62,246 bases of DNA from a bacterium (GTDB lineage Bacteria; SZUA-182; DTGQ01; JAFGSM01): positions 1 to 62,246 of the forward strand of contig JBLIRO010000024.1 in NCBI GenBank assembly GCA_049472335.1, read 5' to 3'. Position 1 is the stretch's first letter; each line of letters begins with the position of its first letter. The position numbers were made by a program, and so were the translations under genes. The notes below the pieces were generated by a model. The model did no database searches and was not told the DNA's origin. It worked only from the letters and a program-made list of their open reading frames with translations. This document shows positions 29,342 to 39,502 of this stretch, piece after piece.

Positions 29342-32218
29342 ATGAATAAAAACGAATATTTGCATGACACATCGTATCCGGATGATACATATCAACTGGA
29401 TATAAGGATAAGGAGCAAGGATGATAGATATGCCGTTATCTTATCGGCAAGGGACTCTGAAGAAGATACCTTTTTTGTCACACCTGATGAGATACAGGGG
29501 ATCTTAAGCCGTTGCAGGCTGATTGACTCCTTTCTCTCTAATCAGGAGCCAGGCCGTTTTTCAGGCGATATCATCCAATTGGGAAGCGAGATATTCCATC
29601 GCTTTGTACAGCCCTGCCCGCACTTTAACAATATCGTGCAATCTGCAAGATCGCACAATATGCCAGTGCTTATCTCTATCCGGACAACCGATCAGGACAC
29701 GAGTCTTATCCCATGGGAGCTTTTGTTTTCCGAGGAATCCGGGTTCCTAGCCCTGGACCCCAGGTTTCAGCTTATACGCAACGCCTCTATTGACGGGGCT
29801 GGAAACGATCTTACGCTCTCAGCAAGGCCGCTGAGGGTATTATTCATGGCATGCTCACCGGAAGGAACAGATCCTGTACTGAATTATGAGAGGGAAGAAG
29901 AGATCATCCTGGATGCCCTGGCAGATCTCAAACGAAACAATGAGTTGGAGATCGATATCGCAGAAGGGGGCACCCTGGATGAGATGGAAAAGATGCTGGC
30001 AAACAAAGACTACCATGTGGTTCATCTCTCAAGCCATGGTTTTTATGACAGGGAAACCCAAACCGGTTATCTGCTCATGGAGGGCGAATCCGGCATGAAG
30101 AAGCCTGTCAGCGCAAAGGAGTTCGCTGAAAAACTCATAGGTTCCCGTTCCGTGCGTCTCCTTTTTTTAAGCGCCTGCCAGTCCGGCAGCGAAACAGCAC
30201 AGAATACGGGGCTTGCCCAATCCCTGATTGCAAACGGCATCCCCATGGTCATAGGCATGAAGCATTCGGTGATGGATGCCGCCGCAACATCCATTGCGGA
30301 ATCATTCTATAAAAACCTCACAATAAGGCGAACGGTTTCCCATGCCCTCCAACTATCACGCCAGGCCTATGCCAAAAAATATCCCAAGAGCTTTCAGTGG
30401 AGTATCCCTGCCCTCTTTGCAAGGGATGCAAATCTCCATATAGTGGACTGGAAAAAACCGGCAGAGAAGACAGAAAGCAAATCTTCTGCCGCCATCCTGT
30501 ACGGCAGAGTAAAACACCTTAAAAAAGGCTTCAGGGGAAGACGCAGGGAACAGCGGGAATTTATGAATATACTCCGCAGGGGAGGCCCTCCGGCCCTTTG
30601 CATCACAGGCTCGGGCGGCATAGGGAAGTCCACCCTTGCAAGCAGGATTACAGACAGGCTTCACTCATCCGGTTATCTTATTATACCCCTCTTTGGTGAG
30701 CTTTCGCCGGATATCTTTATACAGAAAACCATCAATGCCCTAATTGCTGAACGTGAAACCGAACATACACAAAACCTGAAAGGTCTCACGGATTATAGGG
30801 AAAGGATCGTTTATATCCTCTCCAATGTTCTCGGAACAAGGGACACCCTCTACCTGCTTGACAACTTTGAAGACAACCTTAAAAAATCTGAGCAATTCGG
30901 GGCATTCAAAAACAGTTTCTGGGAAGAAACCTTCAGGACCATCCTGCAGGAGCTGCCCCATACCAATTCAAGGCTTCTGATCACCTGCCGCTTCACCATT
31001 CCCGGCATTGATGAAGACCTCCTTTATCAAAGCTCCCTCAAGGAGATGTCCGGGGTGGAGGCGAGAAAACTCATGATATTCAATGATGACTTTTTGGGAA
31101 TACAATCAGAGCATATCAGGGAGATTTATAGAACCATCGGAGGAAATCCAAAGGCCATCAATGAGCTGGGAAAACTCATAAAAGAAGGAAACTACCCTTG
31201 GTCTGAATTAAAAGAAAAGCTTGAATCCGTGCAGAAAAAAATGCGGGAGTTTACCATCTTCGAGGAGCTCTATAAATTCCTGAGCGAGCAGGAGAGATCC
31301 TTCTTCCGTAAGATATCAGTATATCAGGGGCCTGTGACCCGTGAAGGATTAAAGGTGCACGAGCCTGATGAACAGCAGATGGACAGACACATTAAAAAAC
31401 TTGTGGACTATACCCTGCTGCAGGAATATAGTGATGAAACATCCAATATCCCTCTTTACCAGGTTCACCCGTTAAACCGGGGGCATATCAAAAGGGAGTG
31501 GTGGAGGAAGGGTGAACAGGAAACCGCCCACAGCCATGCGGCTGAATACTATCTGGATATCAGGGGCACATCGAATATGGATGATCTTTCAAGGGCTGTT
31601 TATCATCTGCGTGGAGCAAGGCAGTTTGACCGGATGGCGGATTTGATTACCTATTATGCAAGGGAATTGGATTTGAAGGGATACTGGGATGAGAGCCTGT
31701 ATCTTCACAACATCATTCTTGAAGAAAGCGGTAATGTTGAAAAAAGATATCCGGGTATTGCTTACAACAACATCGGTTTAATCTATGATAATAAAGGCGA
31801 ATGGGATAAGGCTCTTGATTACTACCTAAAATCTGAAAATATTAGGATTGAAGTCGGCGACAGGGCTGGCTTAGCTACTACTTACAACAACATCGGTTTA
31901 ATCTATGATAATAAAGGCGAATGGGATAAGGCTCTTGATTACTACCTAAAATCTGAAAATATTAGGATTGAAGTCGGCGACAGGGCCGGGTTGGTATCTA
32001 CATATTTTAATATAGGGACTGCTTACCTTAATAAAAATGATAAGGAAACAGGGAATAAATATATCATCATTGCTGGTTTTATAGCCATGATGCAGGGCAT
32101 GCAGTATGAGCTTTCACAAATGGCATGGGCATTGGAGCCGGTTTTAAAGGAAATAGGTGGGGAAAGGTTTATGGAGATCGGGAGGAAACTTGCGAGGGAA
32201 AGGGGATTGATTGCCTGA
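29342..32218 (+). CDS. CHAT (caspase-like) protease - STAND NTPase - TPR protein
   Basis: IPWELL, VHLSSHG (His), FLSACQS (Cys); FRGRRRE, Walker A GSGGIGKS, Walker B LLDNFE, GGNPKAI; YNNIGLIY TPRs. Confidence 0.9.
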   Translation: MNKNEYLHDTSYPDDTYQLDIRIRSKDDRYAVILSARDSEEDTFFVTPDEIQGILSRCRLIDSFLSNQEPGRFSGDIIQLGSEIFHRFVQPCPHFNNIVQSARSHNMPVLISIRTTDQDTSLIPWELLFSEESGFLALDPRFQLIRNASIDGAGNDLTLSARPLRVLFMACSPEGTDPVLNYEREEEIILDALADLKRNNELEIDIAEGGTLDEMEKMLANKDYHVVHLSSHGFYDRETQTGYLLMEGESGMKKPVSAKEFAEKLIGSRSVRLLFLSACQSGSETAQNTGLAQSLIANGIPMVIGMKHSVMDAAATSIAESFYKNLTIRRTVSHALQLSRQAYAKKYPKSFQWSIPALFARDANLHIVDWKKPAEKTESKSSAAILYGRVKHLKKGFRGRRREQREFMNILRRGGPPALCITGSGGIGKSTLASRITDRLHSSGYLIIPLFGELSPDIFIQKTINALIAERETEHTQNLKGLTDYRERIVYILSNVLGTRDTLYLLDNFEDNLKKSEQFGAFKNSFWEETFRTILQELPHTNSRLLITCRFTIPGIDEDLLYQSSLKEMSGVEARKLMIFNDDFLGIQSEHIREIYRTIGGNPKAINELGKLIKEGNYPWSELKEKLESVQKKMREFTIFEELYKFLSEQERSFFRKISVYQGPVTREGLKVHEPDEQQMDRHIKKLVDYTLLQEYSDETSNIPLYQVHPLNRGHIKREWWRKGEQETAHSHAAEYYLDIRGTSNMDDLSRAVYHLRGARQFDRMADLITYYARELDLKGYWDESLYLHNIILEESGNVEKRYPGIAYNNIGLIYDNKGEWDKALDYYLKSENIRIEVGDRAGLATTYNNIGLIYDNKGEWDKALDYYLKSENIRIEVGDRAGLVSTYFNIGTAYLNKNDKETGNKYIIIAGFIAMMQGMQYELSQMAWALEPVLKEIGGERFMEIGRKLARERGLIA
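31761..31986 (+). repeat. Perfect TPR-coding duplication, 120-bp period
   Basis: 31761-31866 is identical to 31881-31986 (106 nt). Confidence 0.95.
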
Positions 32219-32354
32219 CAATTCCTATGTTTGCCTTAAGAAAAGGATTTAGAAGATCCAGGGGCTTAAGCAGGGTAACAAGTGATGTTTTTTATCGTAT
32301 TTAACATATTGGAATCATTTGGGAATCGTTTAAAATCATGAGAGGGAGATTACC

Positions 32355-32675
32355 ATGAAAGATGACCAAAAACAATTTTCACTTTCAAATTATTTTGATG
32401 AATTGGGGCAAAAGAAAAAGGCAAAAAGCAGCGGCCCCCTCCGGGCAGGCTCTTCATTTGCCGCTCAAATGTCCGTGATCAAATCTTTGATGGGAGCGGA
32501 AAATAACACCATGCCGTTCATGGCACTCGCCAGGTCTTCCCAATTGAAGCTGGATGTATGCCAGGAAATTGTCGATAGCCTGCAAAACGAAGGGATTGTT
32601 GAAGTTGAACCCGATTATACTACAGGAAATGATAAAATAAAGCTAACTCAAAAAGGAAAAGAGGTCCTTCTATGA
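32355..32675 (+). CDS. Small winged-helix-like protein
   Basis: IVDSLQNEGIVEV ... IKLTQKGKEVL wing motif; GAGGGAG RBS; ATGA coupling to the next gene. Confidence 0.65.
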   Translation: MKDDQKQFSLSNYFDELGQKKKAKSSGPLRAGSSFAAQMSVIKSLMGAENNTMPFMALARSSQLKLDVCQEIVDSLQNEGIVEVEPDYTTGNDKIKLTQKGKEVLL

Positions 32676-33312
32676 TAGCCGCGTGGACATTAACCATATT
32701 TTTGGGCCTATTGTTCGGCGTTGCAGAGCTTCTATCAAAGTTCAAGGATGAGCCCTTTAATGTAATCAAAGGCAATGCAACTGCGTGGGGGTATATCATT
32801 TTAAACCTGATCATTGTATCTGTGGCATTCTATTTTCTCACCAAAACCAGTCTGTTCGGCAAAATGGAAACAGACCTTTTGAAGGCAGCCCTGACCGCCG
32901 GCCTCGGATCCAGCCTGCTGATGCGGTCAAAGTTTTTAAAGGTAAACATCTCAGGGAAAGAAGCGGCAGTGGGACCTGAAATCATAGTCAATGTGCTTTT
33001 GGAAACCCTGGAAAAAAAGATTGACCGGGACCGGGCCATAGTGCGTAAAAATCTGGTGGAAGAGCTTATGGTTGATATTGACTTCTCCAGGGCCAAGGAT
33101 TATGTAGTAACCACGATTATAGCATCCAGCCAGATCAACTCAGAAGAAACAACCAAGACCGTGATGAGGAAGCGGAAAAGATAGAAAACTCACCTATAGA
33201 TGATATAGAAAAAAGCTATGCCCTCGGATATCTGGTGATGGATATAATGGGAGAAAAATTCCTGAAAGGGCTTTTTAATGATAAAAACAGGGAAAGGTTT
33301 AAGAGAGAGTAG
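32672..33312 (+). pseudogene. Three-TM membrane protein, frameshifted near 33166 (genuine mutation or sequencing error)
   Basis: ORF ends KTVMRKRKR, but the alternative frame continues EEAEKIENSPIDDIEKSYALGYLVMDIMGEKFLKG..RE* to 33312; one extra base gives about 213 aa. Confidence 0.65.
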
Positions 33313-33342
33313 AAAGAAGAGGTATCACAGTAAAAAAATCAT
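33313..33342 (-). pseudogene. Remnant of the 5' end of a VapC/PIN toxin
   Basis: ATGA overlap with the antitoxin stop; removing one T from the T7 run gives MIFYCDTSS (PIN start motif xxxxDTS), after which the sequence runs into the convergent gene. Confidence 0.5.
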
Positions 33343-33626
33343 CTTCTATCCTCAACAACCGCATCAGAAAATTGGTTCCCTTTGATTTTGACACGATTCG
33401 GGTGAGGCATAGGTTTTCCCCATTGCTGAGGCAATAAAATGTGGCCTTCTCTGGCCATTTCTAACAAGACAGGGCGGATATCTTTTTCCTTCTCATTGAT
33501 CCTGATTGGCACAATCTGGGCAATTGCCTTACCTCGATCCGTAACTAAAACTTCTTTGCCTTTTTTCACTTCCTGAAGATATTGGCTAAGATGAATTTTT
33601 AATTCCCGTATACCCACCTTTTTCAT
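33339..33626 (-). CDS. Phd/YefM family antitoxin (orphaned)
   Basis: VGIRELKIHLSQYLQEVKKGKEVLVTDRGKAIAQIVP. Confidence 0.9.
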   Translation of the reverse strand: MKKVGIRELKIHLSQYLQEVKKGKEVLVTDRGKAIAQIVPIRINEKEKDIRPVLLEMAREGHILLPQQWGKPMPHPNRVKIKGNQFSDAVVEDRR

Positions 33627-33749
33627 AGTAATTCCTTTTGCTTAACTAAGGGCATCATTTATTAAAAATACTAAGTTACACTCCATCAATGAAATTTCAG
33701 GAGTTTATCAATTTTGATTTTTGTGATTTATAAAACATACTATCCTATT

Positions 33750-33778
33750 ATACTAATAATATGTGACTACATTGTCAA
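33750..33778 (-). promoter_or_regulatory. Antitoxin promoter with palindromic operator
   Basis: TTGACA-N17-TAGTAT; the spacer contains the imperfect palindrome ATGTAGTCACAT. Confidence 0.5.
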
Positions 33779-33833
33779 GAAGAAGTTCCTCCCTTAATTT
33801 TCAATAGAACGGAAATCAACCAATAGCTGTTTT

Positions 33834-35405
33834 TTAAATATCTGGCTCCCCATACCCACCGCCGCCGGGTGTCTCGATCCTTAATGTATCACCCTTTTTC
33901 AAATGTTCGCTGAATTTTCCGGGACGTTCTGAGGTTATCCCATCCCTTATGACCATATTCTTTCCCGGCTTCCCCGGCAAGCCTCCTGAAAGACCGTAAG
34001 GGGGTATCCTTCTTCTCTCCGAGAGCACCGTTACCTCTGCATCCGAAAGGAGCCGGATCTCCCGGACAAGCCCGTCTCCCCCGGAAAAGCGGCCTTTGCC
34101 GCCGGATCCCCTTCTTATGGAGTATTCTGTGACTAGAAAGGGATACGCGTACTCCAGGGCCTCAATGGGTGTGTTCAGGGTGTTCGTCATGTGTGAATGG
34201 AGGGCGCTGGCCCCGTTACCTTTGCCTGAAGCCCCCATGCCTCCCCCCAGGGTTTCATAATAGGCGAAGGGATTTCCGGTCCGCTCATCCATGCCGCCTA
34301 TGGTGATATTGTTCATAGTCCCCTGGCTGGCGGCAGGGATATCATCTGGCAATGCCTTAAAGAGCGCCCCCAGGACAACGTCCACTATCCTCTGGGAGGT
34401 CTCCACATTCCCCCCGGCAACGGCTGAGGGAAACTGCGCGTCCACAATGGTGCCCTTCTTGGTGATAATGGTGATGGGCCTCGCACAACCTGCATTCGTG
34501 AGGATATCTTCCCTGATGAGGGAGCGAAAGGCATACAAAACGCATGACAGTGTAATGGCATATACGGCATTTATATTTCCTTTCACCTGACCGTGGGAGC
34601 CGGAAAAATCCAGGATCGCTTCATCCCCTTTTACCCGGAGGATCACCTTTATTTTCACCCTCTCCTCCCCTACCCCATCATCATCCATGAAATCCTCAAA
34701 CTCATAGTCACCGTCAGGGATCATCTCTACGGTTTTTCTCATTATGCGCTCCGCGTAATCCATAAGGCTGCGGGCGTAAAAATCCACCATCGGGAGGCCG
34801 TATTTTTCCATGCATCCTTTGACTCTCCTTACACCTGTTATATTGGCCATGATCTGGGCCGCGAAATCCCCTTCCCTTTCAACGGGGGTTCTCACATTAC
34901 TCAGGAAAAACCGCATCATCTTTTGATCCATCCTGCCATTCTCTAGTATCTTCAAGGGCGGGATAATGATACCTTCCTGAAAGATGGAGGTGGCGATGGG
35001 CATGGACCCGGATGTCATGCCTCCCACATCCGCATGATGGGCGCGATTTGCCACATGGAATACCGGCCCATCCTTGTCCTCTGAAAACACGGGCGCAACT
35101 ATGGTTATATCCGGGAGATGTGTGCCACCTTTGAAGGGATCATTGAGGATCACCATATCCCCCTCATGGAAAACGGTATTTTCTATGGCAGACTTGACCG
35201 AAAGGGGCATGGAGCCAAGGTGTACCGGTATGTGTGCCGCCTGTGCAATCATGTCCCCTTCCCTTGTGAAGATGGCACAGGAGAAGTCCCTTCTTTCCTT
35301 GATATTGGGCGAAAACCCGGTCCTGTAGAGCGTAACGCCCATCTCTTCGGCAATGGAAGAAAACCGGTTCTTAAATACCTCTAAGAGGATTGGATTTACT
35401 TTCAT
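33834..35405 (-). CDS. Hydantoinase B / 5-oxoprolinase family subunit
   Basis: FSPNIKERRDFSCA, HIPVHLGSM, GGTHLPD, HHADVGG, ETPGGGGYG. Confidence 0.95.
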   Translation of the reverse strand: MKVNPILLEVFKNRFSSIAEEMGVTLYRTGFSPNIKERRDFSCAIFTREGDMIAQAAHIPVHLGSMPLSVKSAIENTVFHEGDMVILNDPFKGGTHLPDITIVAPVFSEDKDGPVFHVANRAHHADVGGMTSGSMPIATSIFQEGIIIPPLKILENGRMDQKMMRFFLSNVRTPVEREGDFAAQIMANITGVRRVKGCMEKYGLPMVDFYARSLMDYAERIMRKTVEMIPDGDYEFEDFMDDDGVGEERVKIKVILRVKGDEAILDFSGSHGQVKGNINAVYAITLSCVLYAFRSLIREDILTNAGCARPITIITKKGTIVDAQFPSAVAGGNVETSQRIVDVVLGALFKALPDDIPAASQGTMNNITIGGMDERTGNPFAYYETLGGGMGASGKGNGASALHSHMTNTLNTPIEALEYAYPFLVTEYSIRRGSGGKGRFSGGDGLVREIRLLSDAEVTVLSERRRIPPYGLSGGLPGKPGKNMVIRDGITSERPGKFSEHLKKGDTLRIETPGGGGYGEPDI

Positions 35406-35504
35406 ATGATGACCTCTTGCCTAATGGTTTTAGGAATGGCAATAGTTCACAAAGGAGACACAGGCGCATGGAGATCCTGTTTTCATTACCCGATCCCTTC
35501 TCCA

Positions 35505-37481
35505 TTACCGGATACCCATAATAATATTGCCATATTCATCCACATACGCGTCCGCGAACGGGGGGACGACTATGGTGGAGGAATACTCTACCAAAATGGC
35601 AGGCCCCTTGATCTTATTCCCGGTTAAAATTCTCTCCCTCTGCAAAATGGGTGTCTTAAGATATCGGCCCTCAAAGATCACCTCTTTTTCTCCCAGTAAC
35701 GCCTCATCAGGCACGCGTTTAAAAGATTTAAGCGATTTCTTGAATTCGGGTTTTTCCGGGCTGCCACGCACCCTGAGCCTTAGGTTTACAACCTCGACCG
35801 CTTTGTCCCTATTACGATAGCCGTACTTTTTCTCATGAAGCATATGAAATCCTTCTCTATAATCCCCTGTGCAGGGAACGATAATCTCATGGGACTGCCC
35901 GGCATAGCGCATATCCAGGAAACGCTCCAGAACGATCGCATTCTCATCGATGCCCTCTGCGATCAGATCATTTTTACCCTTTTCTTCAAGGTCATGAAAC
36001 AGTTCTGAAAGCCCTTCCTTTTTTATGACGGTCTGGTTCCGCATCAGAGTAAGGGAATAATCCTTGATGATATCAGCCATAAGCATGCCTATGGCTGAAA
36101 GTATACCCGGATTTTTGGGCACCAGGACCTTAGGGATACATAAAAGTCTGGCAAGGTATGCTGTATGAAGGCCCCCTGCCCCTCCGAAGGTGAAAAGGGT
36201 GAACTCCCTGGGATCATATCCCCTTTCCATGGATATTACACGAATTGCCCTTTCCATGGCGGTATTGGCAACGGAGAGGATGCCTTCCGCAAGCTCTGTT
36301 GGGGAAAGAGACAGCTCCTCGCCCATTTGCCTGAAATACGGGTCGAGCCTCCCGGCCTGAAGCCTCATGCCTCCACCCAGGAAGTGTTCCGGAACGAGCC
36401 TCCCCAGATAGAGATGGGCATCCGTGACTGTTATCCGGTCCCCTTTGCCATAGCATATGGGACCGGGGTCCGCACCAGCGCTCTCCGGCCCCACCCTTAA
36501 CGCCCCGCCTGAATCCACATACACTACAGAACCGCCCCCTGCCCCTACTGTGTGGATATCGATCATGGGGACCTTGACCGGGTATCCCGCAATCCTGGAC
36601 TCCAGGGTCAGCGAGAGCTGGCTGTCCATCAGGGAGACATCCGTGGAGGTGCCGCCCATATCGAAGGAGATGATCTTATGGAATCCCGCCATCCTTCCCA
36701 TCTCATAGGCACCCACAGCCCCTCCTGCAGGGCCCGAAAGTATGGTCCTGACCGATTCCTTCATGGCGGTTTCAGCGGAAATGCTCCCCCCATTGGACTG
36801 CATGATCCTGAGGCTGTCCGTTTCTCCAAGGCTTTTTATTATATGGGAGACATATCCCTTCATCCTGGGTGAGACATATGCATTTATTACAGTAGTCGAG
36901 GTCCTCTCATATTCTCTGAACTCTGCGAGTATCTCATGGGAAAGGGAGAAAGGGATGTTGAGGTCTCCGAGAAGCTCACCCATTACCTTTTCATGGGCAG
37001 GGTTGAGATACGAAAAAAGGAAACAGATCGCAACCGATTCCGCCCCGGACTCTCTGATTTTAGGAAGCATGGAATTTGCTTCCTCCATATCAAGTGGTTC
37101 AAGGGCCTCCCCGGTGCATATGGTCCTTTCCCTTACACCGAACCTCAGGGACTCAGGCACAACAGGCGGTTCCTTCCGGCACGCAAGGTCATACAGACTG
37201 TCCCGGCTTTGCCTTCCTATCTCGATAATATCCTCAAATCCCTTATTAGTGACGAGGGCGGTTTTCACGCCCTTTCTTTCCAGAATGGCATTGGTGGCAA
37301 CGGTTGAGCCGTGAACAACACGCCTTGTCTTAACATCGGTGGCGATACGGCTCAATCCCTCTAAAATAGCCTCAGCTGGATTCCGCGGAGTGGAAAGAAC
37401 CTTATATACACCCCATCCATCCCTGTCCTTAAAGATAAAATCCGTAAAGGTGCCGCCTGTATCCACACCTATGGTGACCAT
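35505..37481 (-). CDS. Hydantoinase A / oxoprolinase family subunit (ATP-binding)
   Basis: DTGGTFTD, HGSTVATN, SGPAGG, DMGGTSTD, GPESAGADPGPICY. Confidence 0.95.
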   Translation of the reverse strand: MVTIGVDTGGTFTDFIFKDRDGWGVYKVLSTPRNPAEAILEGLSRIATDVKTRRVVHGSTVATNAILERKGVKTALVTNKGFEDIIEIGRQSRDSLYDLACRKEPPVVPESLRFGVRERTICTGEALEPLDMEEANSMLPKIRESGAESVAICFLFSYLNPAHEKVMGELLGDLNIPFSLSHEILAEFREYERTSTTVINAYVSPRMKGYVSHIIKSLGETDSLRIMQSNGGSISAETAMKESVRTILSGPAGGAVGAYEMGRMAGFHKIISFDMGGTSTDVSLMDSQLSLTLESRIAGYPVKVPMIDIHTVGAGGGSVVYVDSGGALRVGPESAGADPGPICYGKGDRITVTDAHLYLGRLVPEHFLGGGMRLQAGRLDPYFRQMGEELSLSPTELAEGILSVANTAMERAIRVISMERGYDPREFTLFTFGGAGGLHTAYLARLLCIPKVLVPKNPGILSAIGMLMADIIKDYSLTLMRNQTVIKKEGLSELFHDLEEKGKNDLIAEGIDENAIVLERFLDMRYAGQSHEIIVPCTGDYREGFHMLHEKKYGYRNRDKAVEVVNLRLRVRGSPEKPEFKKSLKSFKRVPDEALLGEKEVIFEGRYLKTPILQRERILTGNKIKGPAILVEYSSTIVVPPFADAYVDEYGNIIMGIR

Positions 37482-37574
37482 CCTTTCCTCCTAACCTGTA
37501 ATAGCTGAATAGTAACATTTTACGGCCCGGAAGAGAAGAAGGAAAGCAGGATATATAAGAATAAAGATAAGTTG

Positions 37575-37988
37575 TTAAAGTTGTTTGATTAATAAAGGAA
37601 TTATTTCCTTTATCTTTTCGATATATTTTGAAGCTGTTGCATACGCCTCTTCGGCATCGGACAAATCAACGATTGTATAATCTGCATAATCAACATTTTC
37701 CCTTTCAAAGAGCAGGTTTCTAAACCACTTTCCGTATTCCTTCTGGATCAGGCCTTCCAAAACAAGCATTTTATTGACCATCGTTTTGACCCCTTCATGG
37801 GTTTTGGGATCTACCCCGAAAAGTATGAGGGCTGCTTTGGATGCACTTAAAGCAGCATAATAACTTCTATTGATCGAAGACTCGGCCCTGCCTTCTTTTA
37901 AAAGAAGCTTGGCATCTTCAAGCAGATTTCCAGCCTTTTCAAGACGAAGCTTTGAAAGCGCTCTTTTTTCTTTTTTGTCCAGAGTCAT
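37575..37988 (-). CDS. HEPN domain protein
   Basis: NRSYYA, KTHEGV, RENVDY. Confidence 0.88.
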   Translation of the reverse strand: MTLDKKEKRALSKLRLEKAGNLLEDAKLLLKEGRAESSINRSYYAALSASKAALILFGVDPKTHEGVKTMVNKMLVLEGLIQKEYGKWFRNLLFERENVDYADYTIVDLSDAEEAYATASKYIEKIKEIIPLLIKQL

Positions 37989-38304
37989 AAAAAAGTATAC
38001 CCTCTTTCTTTATATTTTTGATAAATGGGCTGCCAAGCTCTTCATTGAGTTTGTATTCATTGAGGGAAAGGATTGTGACGGAAAAAGGCAAATCGTAATT
38101 TAGCTCATATGAATAAACCAGGTCTAGTATCTTGTCTTTTAACGTCTTGTCTTTTTTATCGATAATAATAAGCACATCCAGATCAGAATCGCCTTCGCAG
38201 TCACCACGAACCCTTGATCCATACGCAATAGCTTTGATTATTCTTTTATAAGCAGAGAAATCATTAGCCATTTCCTGCAAAATATCCATTTCTCTTTGAA
38301 ACAT
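37939..38304 (-). CDS. Minimal nucleotidyltransferase (MNT) antitoxin
   Basis: YGSRVRGD..DSDLDVLII; directly upstream of HEPN. Confidence 0.88.
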   Translation of the reverse strand: MFQREMDILQEMANDFSAYKRIIKAIAYGSRVRGDCEGDSDLDVLIIIDKKDKTLKDKILDLVYSYELNYDLPFSVTILSLNEYKLNEELGSPFIKNIKKEGILFYDSGQKRKKSAFKASS

Positions 38305-38395
38305 AAATAATATGCTATCAAACCGGATGTACTATTACAAGGCACAATATGACCGATCAGTAACTCCAATTACGGCAACTGTATCCCCGGACCGC

Positions 38396-39502
38396 GGGGT
38401 CAGGGCCTGAAATATTTAGAACAAATATTCGGTAATGGCTTTGACCTTTTCAGCTAATTCCGGATCGCAGGTAATCTTTTGTCTAAATCTTTGATACACT
38501 TTGGCTACAGCCGAATAACTTATATTTCCAAAGAGATATCCTATCTCTTTATTTGATAATGAGGTATATTTTTTTACCAGGTATAGGGCAATATTCCTCC
38601 GTTCTCCCTTCTCATTGAAAAGATCATCCCTGGATTTTTCAAAATAGGAGCATATACGATCGATGAAACTATCACTATCACAGACTGTATGGGGATCCGT
38701 CAGGCGCGGGGTGTCTCCTTTGAGCATATTCATTCCTTTTAGCCTTTGTATGGCCATTTTAATAAATGCTTTGTCTCCCAGAATCATACCGCCGTGAGCA
38801 TGCTTAAGGGGATTTGTCAATACTCTGCCCTTTGTGCTATCCACAAACTCTTTGTATATATGAACAGCATCCTCTTGTTTGCCCTCCGCGATCATCTGCC
38901 ATATTAGATTTCTATAAACAAGATCTTCCCTGTCTTTGTGAATATATGATCTATAGCTGCTATAGGGATAGTCCTCGGGTCTTTCTGTTATCTCCGCCCT
39001 CACCGGATTCAGGTGAACATAGCGACTCAGCTCCAGCAAATAACTATCCGGCTCCACAAGACAAGCCTTGTATCTTCCTCTAAAAATGTGTCCATTAGAA
39101 TTTTTGGTGCTATTAAAGTATGTCGTATATGAACTATTGATAGAATGCATGATTTTGCTCAGGTTTGCCTTAGGTGTCTCCAACAGCAGATGATAGTGAT
39201 TTCTCATCAAAACATAGCAGTGGACGATGCAGCCATATTTATCCCGCGCCTCTTTCAGAAATCCCCTGAATTTGTCATAATCAGACCTTGACTGATAGAT
39301 TTCCCTTTCCTCATCTCCTCTTGCTGTGATATGATAAAAGGCCCCTTCATATTCAATACGCAATGGCCTGGCCATAACTGCCCTCCGTTTTGGATTGACC
39401 TTTTGGGATTATTCTTTGATGACAAGGGATGACTTCCGAAATTCTCATGCATTGCATCAGTAACTCTAAAGGATTATTTGTTTAATGTCAAGGACTGACC
39501 CC
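38396..39502. mobile_element. RAYT element bounded by imperfect 18-bp inverted repeats
   Basis: GGGGTCAGGGCCTGAAAT (38396-38413) and ATGTCAAGGACTGACCCC (39485-39502), 14/18 complementary. Confidence 0.65.
38416..39375 (-). CDS. REP-associated tyrosine transposase (Y1 HUH) with C-terminal DnaA-like HTH
   Basis: MARPLRIE, YHITARG, LMRNHYHLL, YVHLNPVRA, YSSY, EIGYLFG.SYSAV. Confidence 0.92.
   Translation of the reverse strand: MARPLRIEYEGAFYHITARGDEEREIYQSRSDYDKFRGFLKEARDKYGCIVHCYVLMRNHYHLLLETPKANLSKIMHSINSSYTTYFNSTKNSNGHIFRGRYKACLVEPDSYLLELSRYVHLNPVRAEITERPEDYPYSSYRSYIHKDREDLVYRNLIWQMIAEGKQEDAVHIYKEFVDSTKGRVLTNPLKHAHGGMILGDKAFIKMAIQRLKGMNMLKGDTPRLTDPHTVCDSDSFIDRICSYFEKSRDDLFNEKGERRNIALYLVKKYTSLSNKEIGYLFGNISYSAVAKVYQRFRQKITCDPELAEKVKAITEYLF

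Noticed and set aside
31761..31986. Diversity-generating retroelement TR/VR pair
   Set aside because: Copies are identical with no adenine-specific mismatches, both are in-frame coding, and no reverse transcriptase is in the window
38356..39466. 11-bp direct repeat ATCAGTAACTC (38356, 39456) as a target duplication of the RAYT element
   Set aside because: The second copy lies inside the inverted-repeat boundary, and HUH transposases do not normally create target duplications
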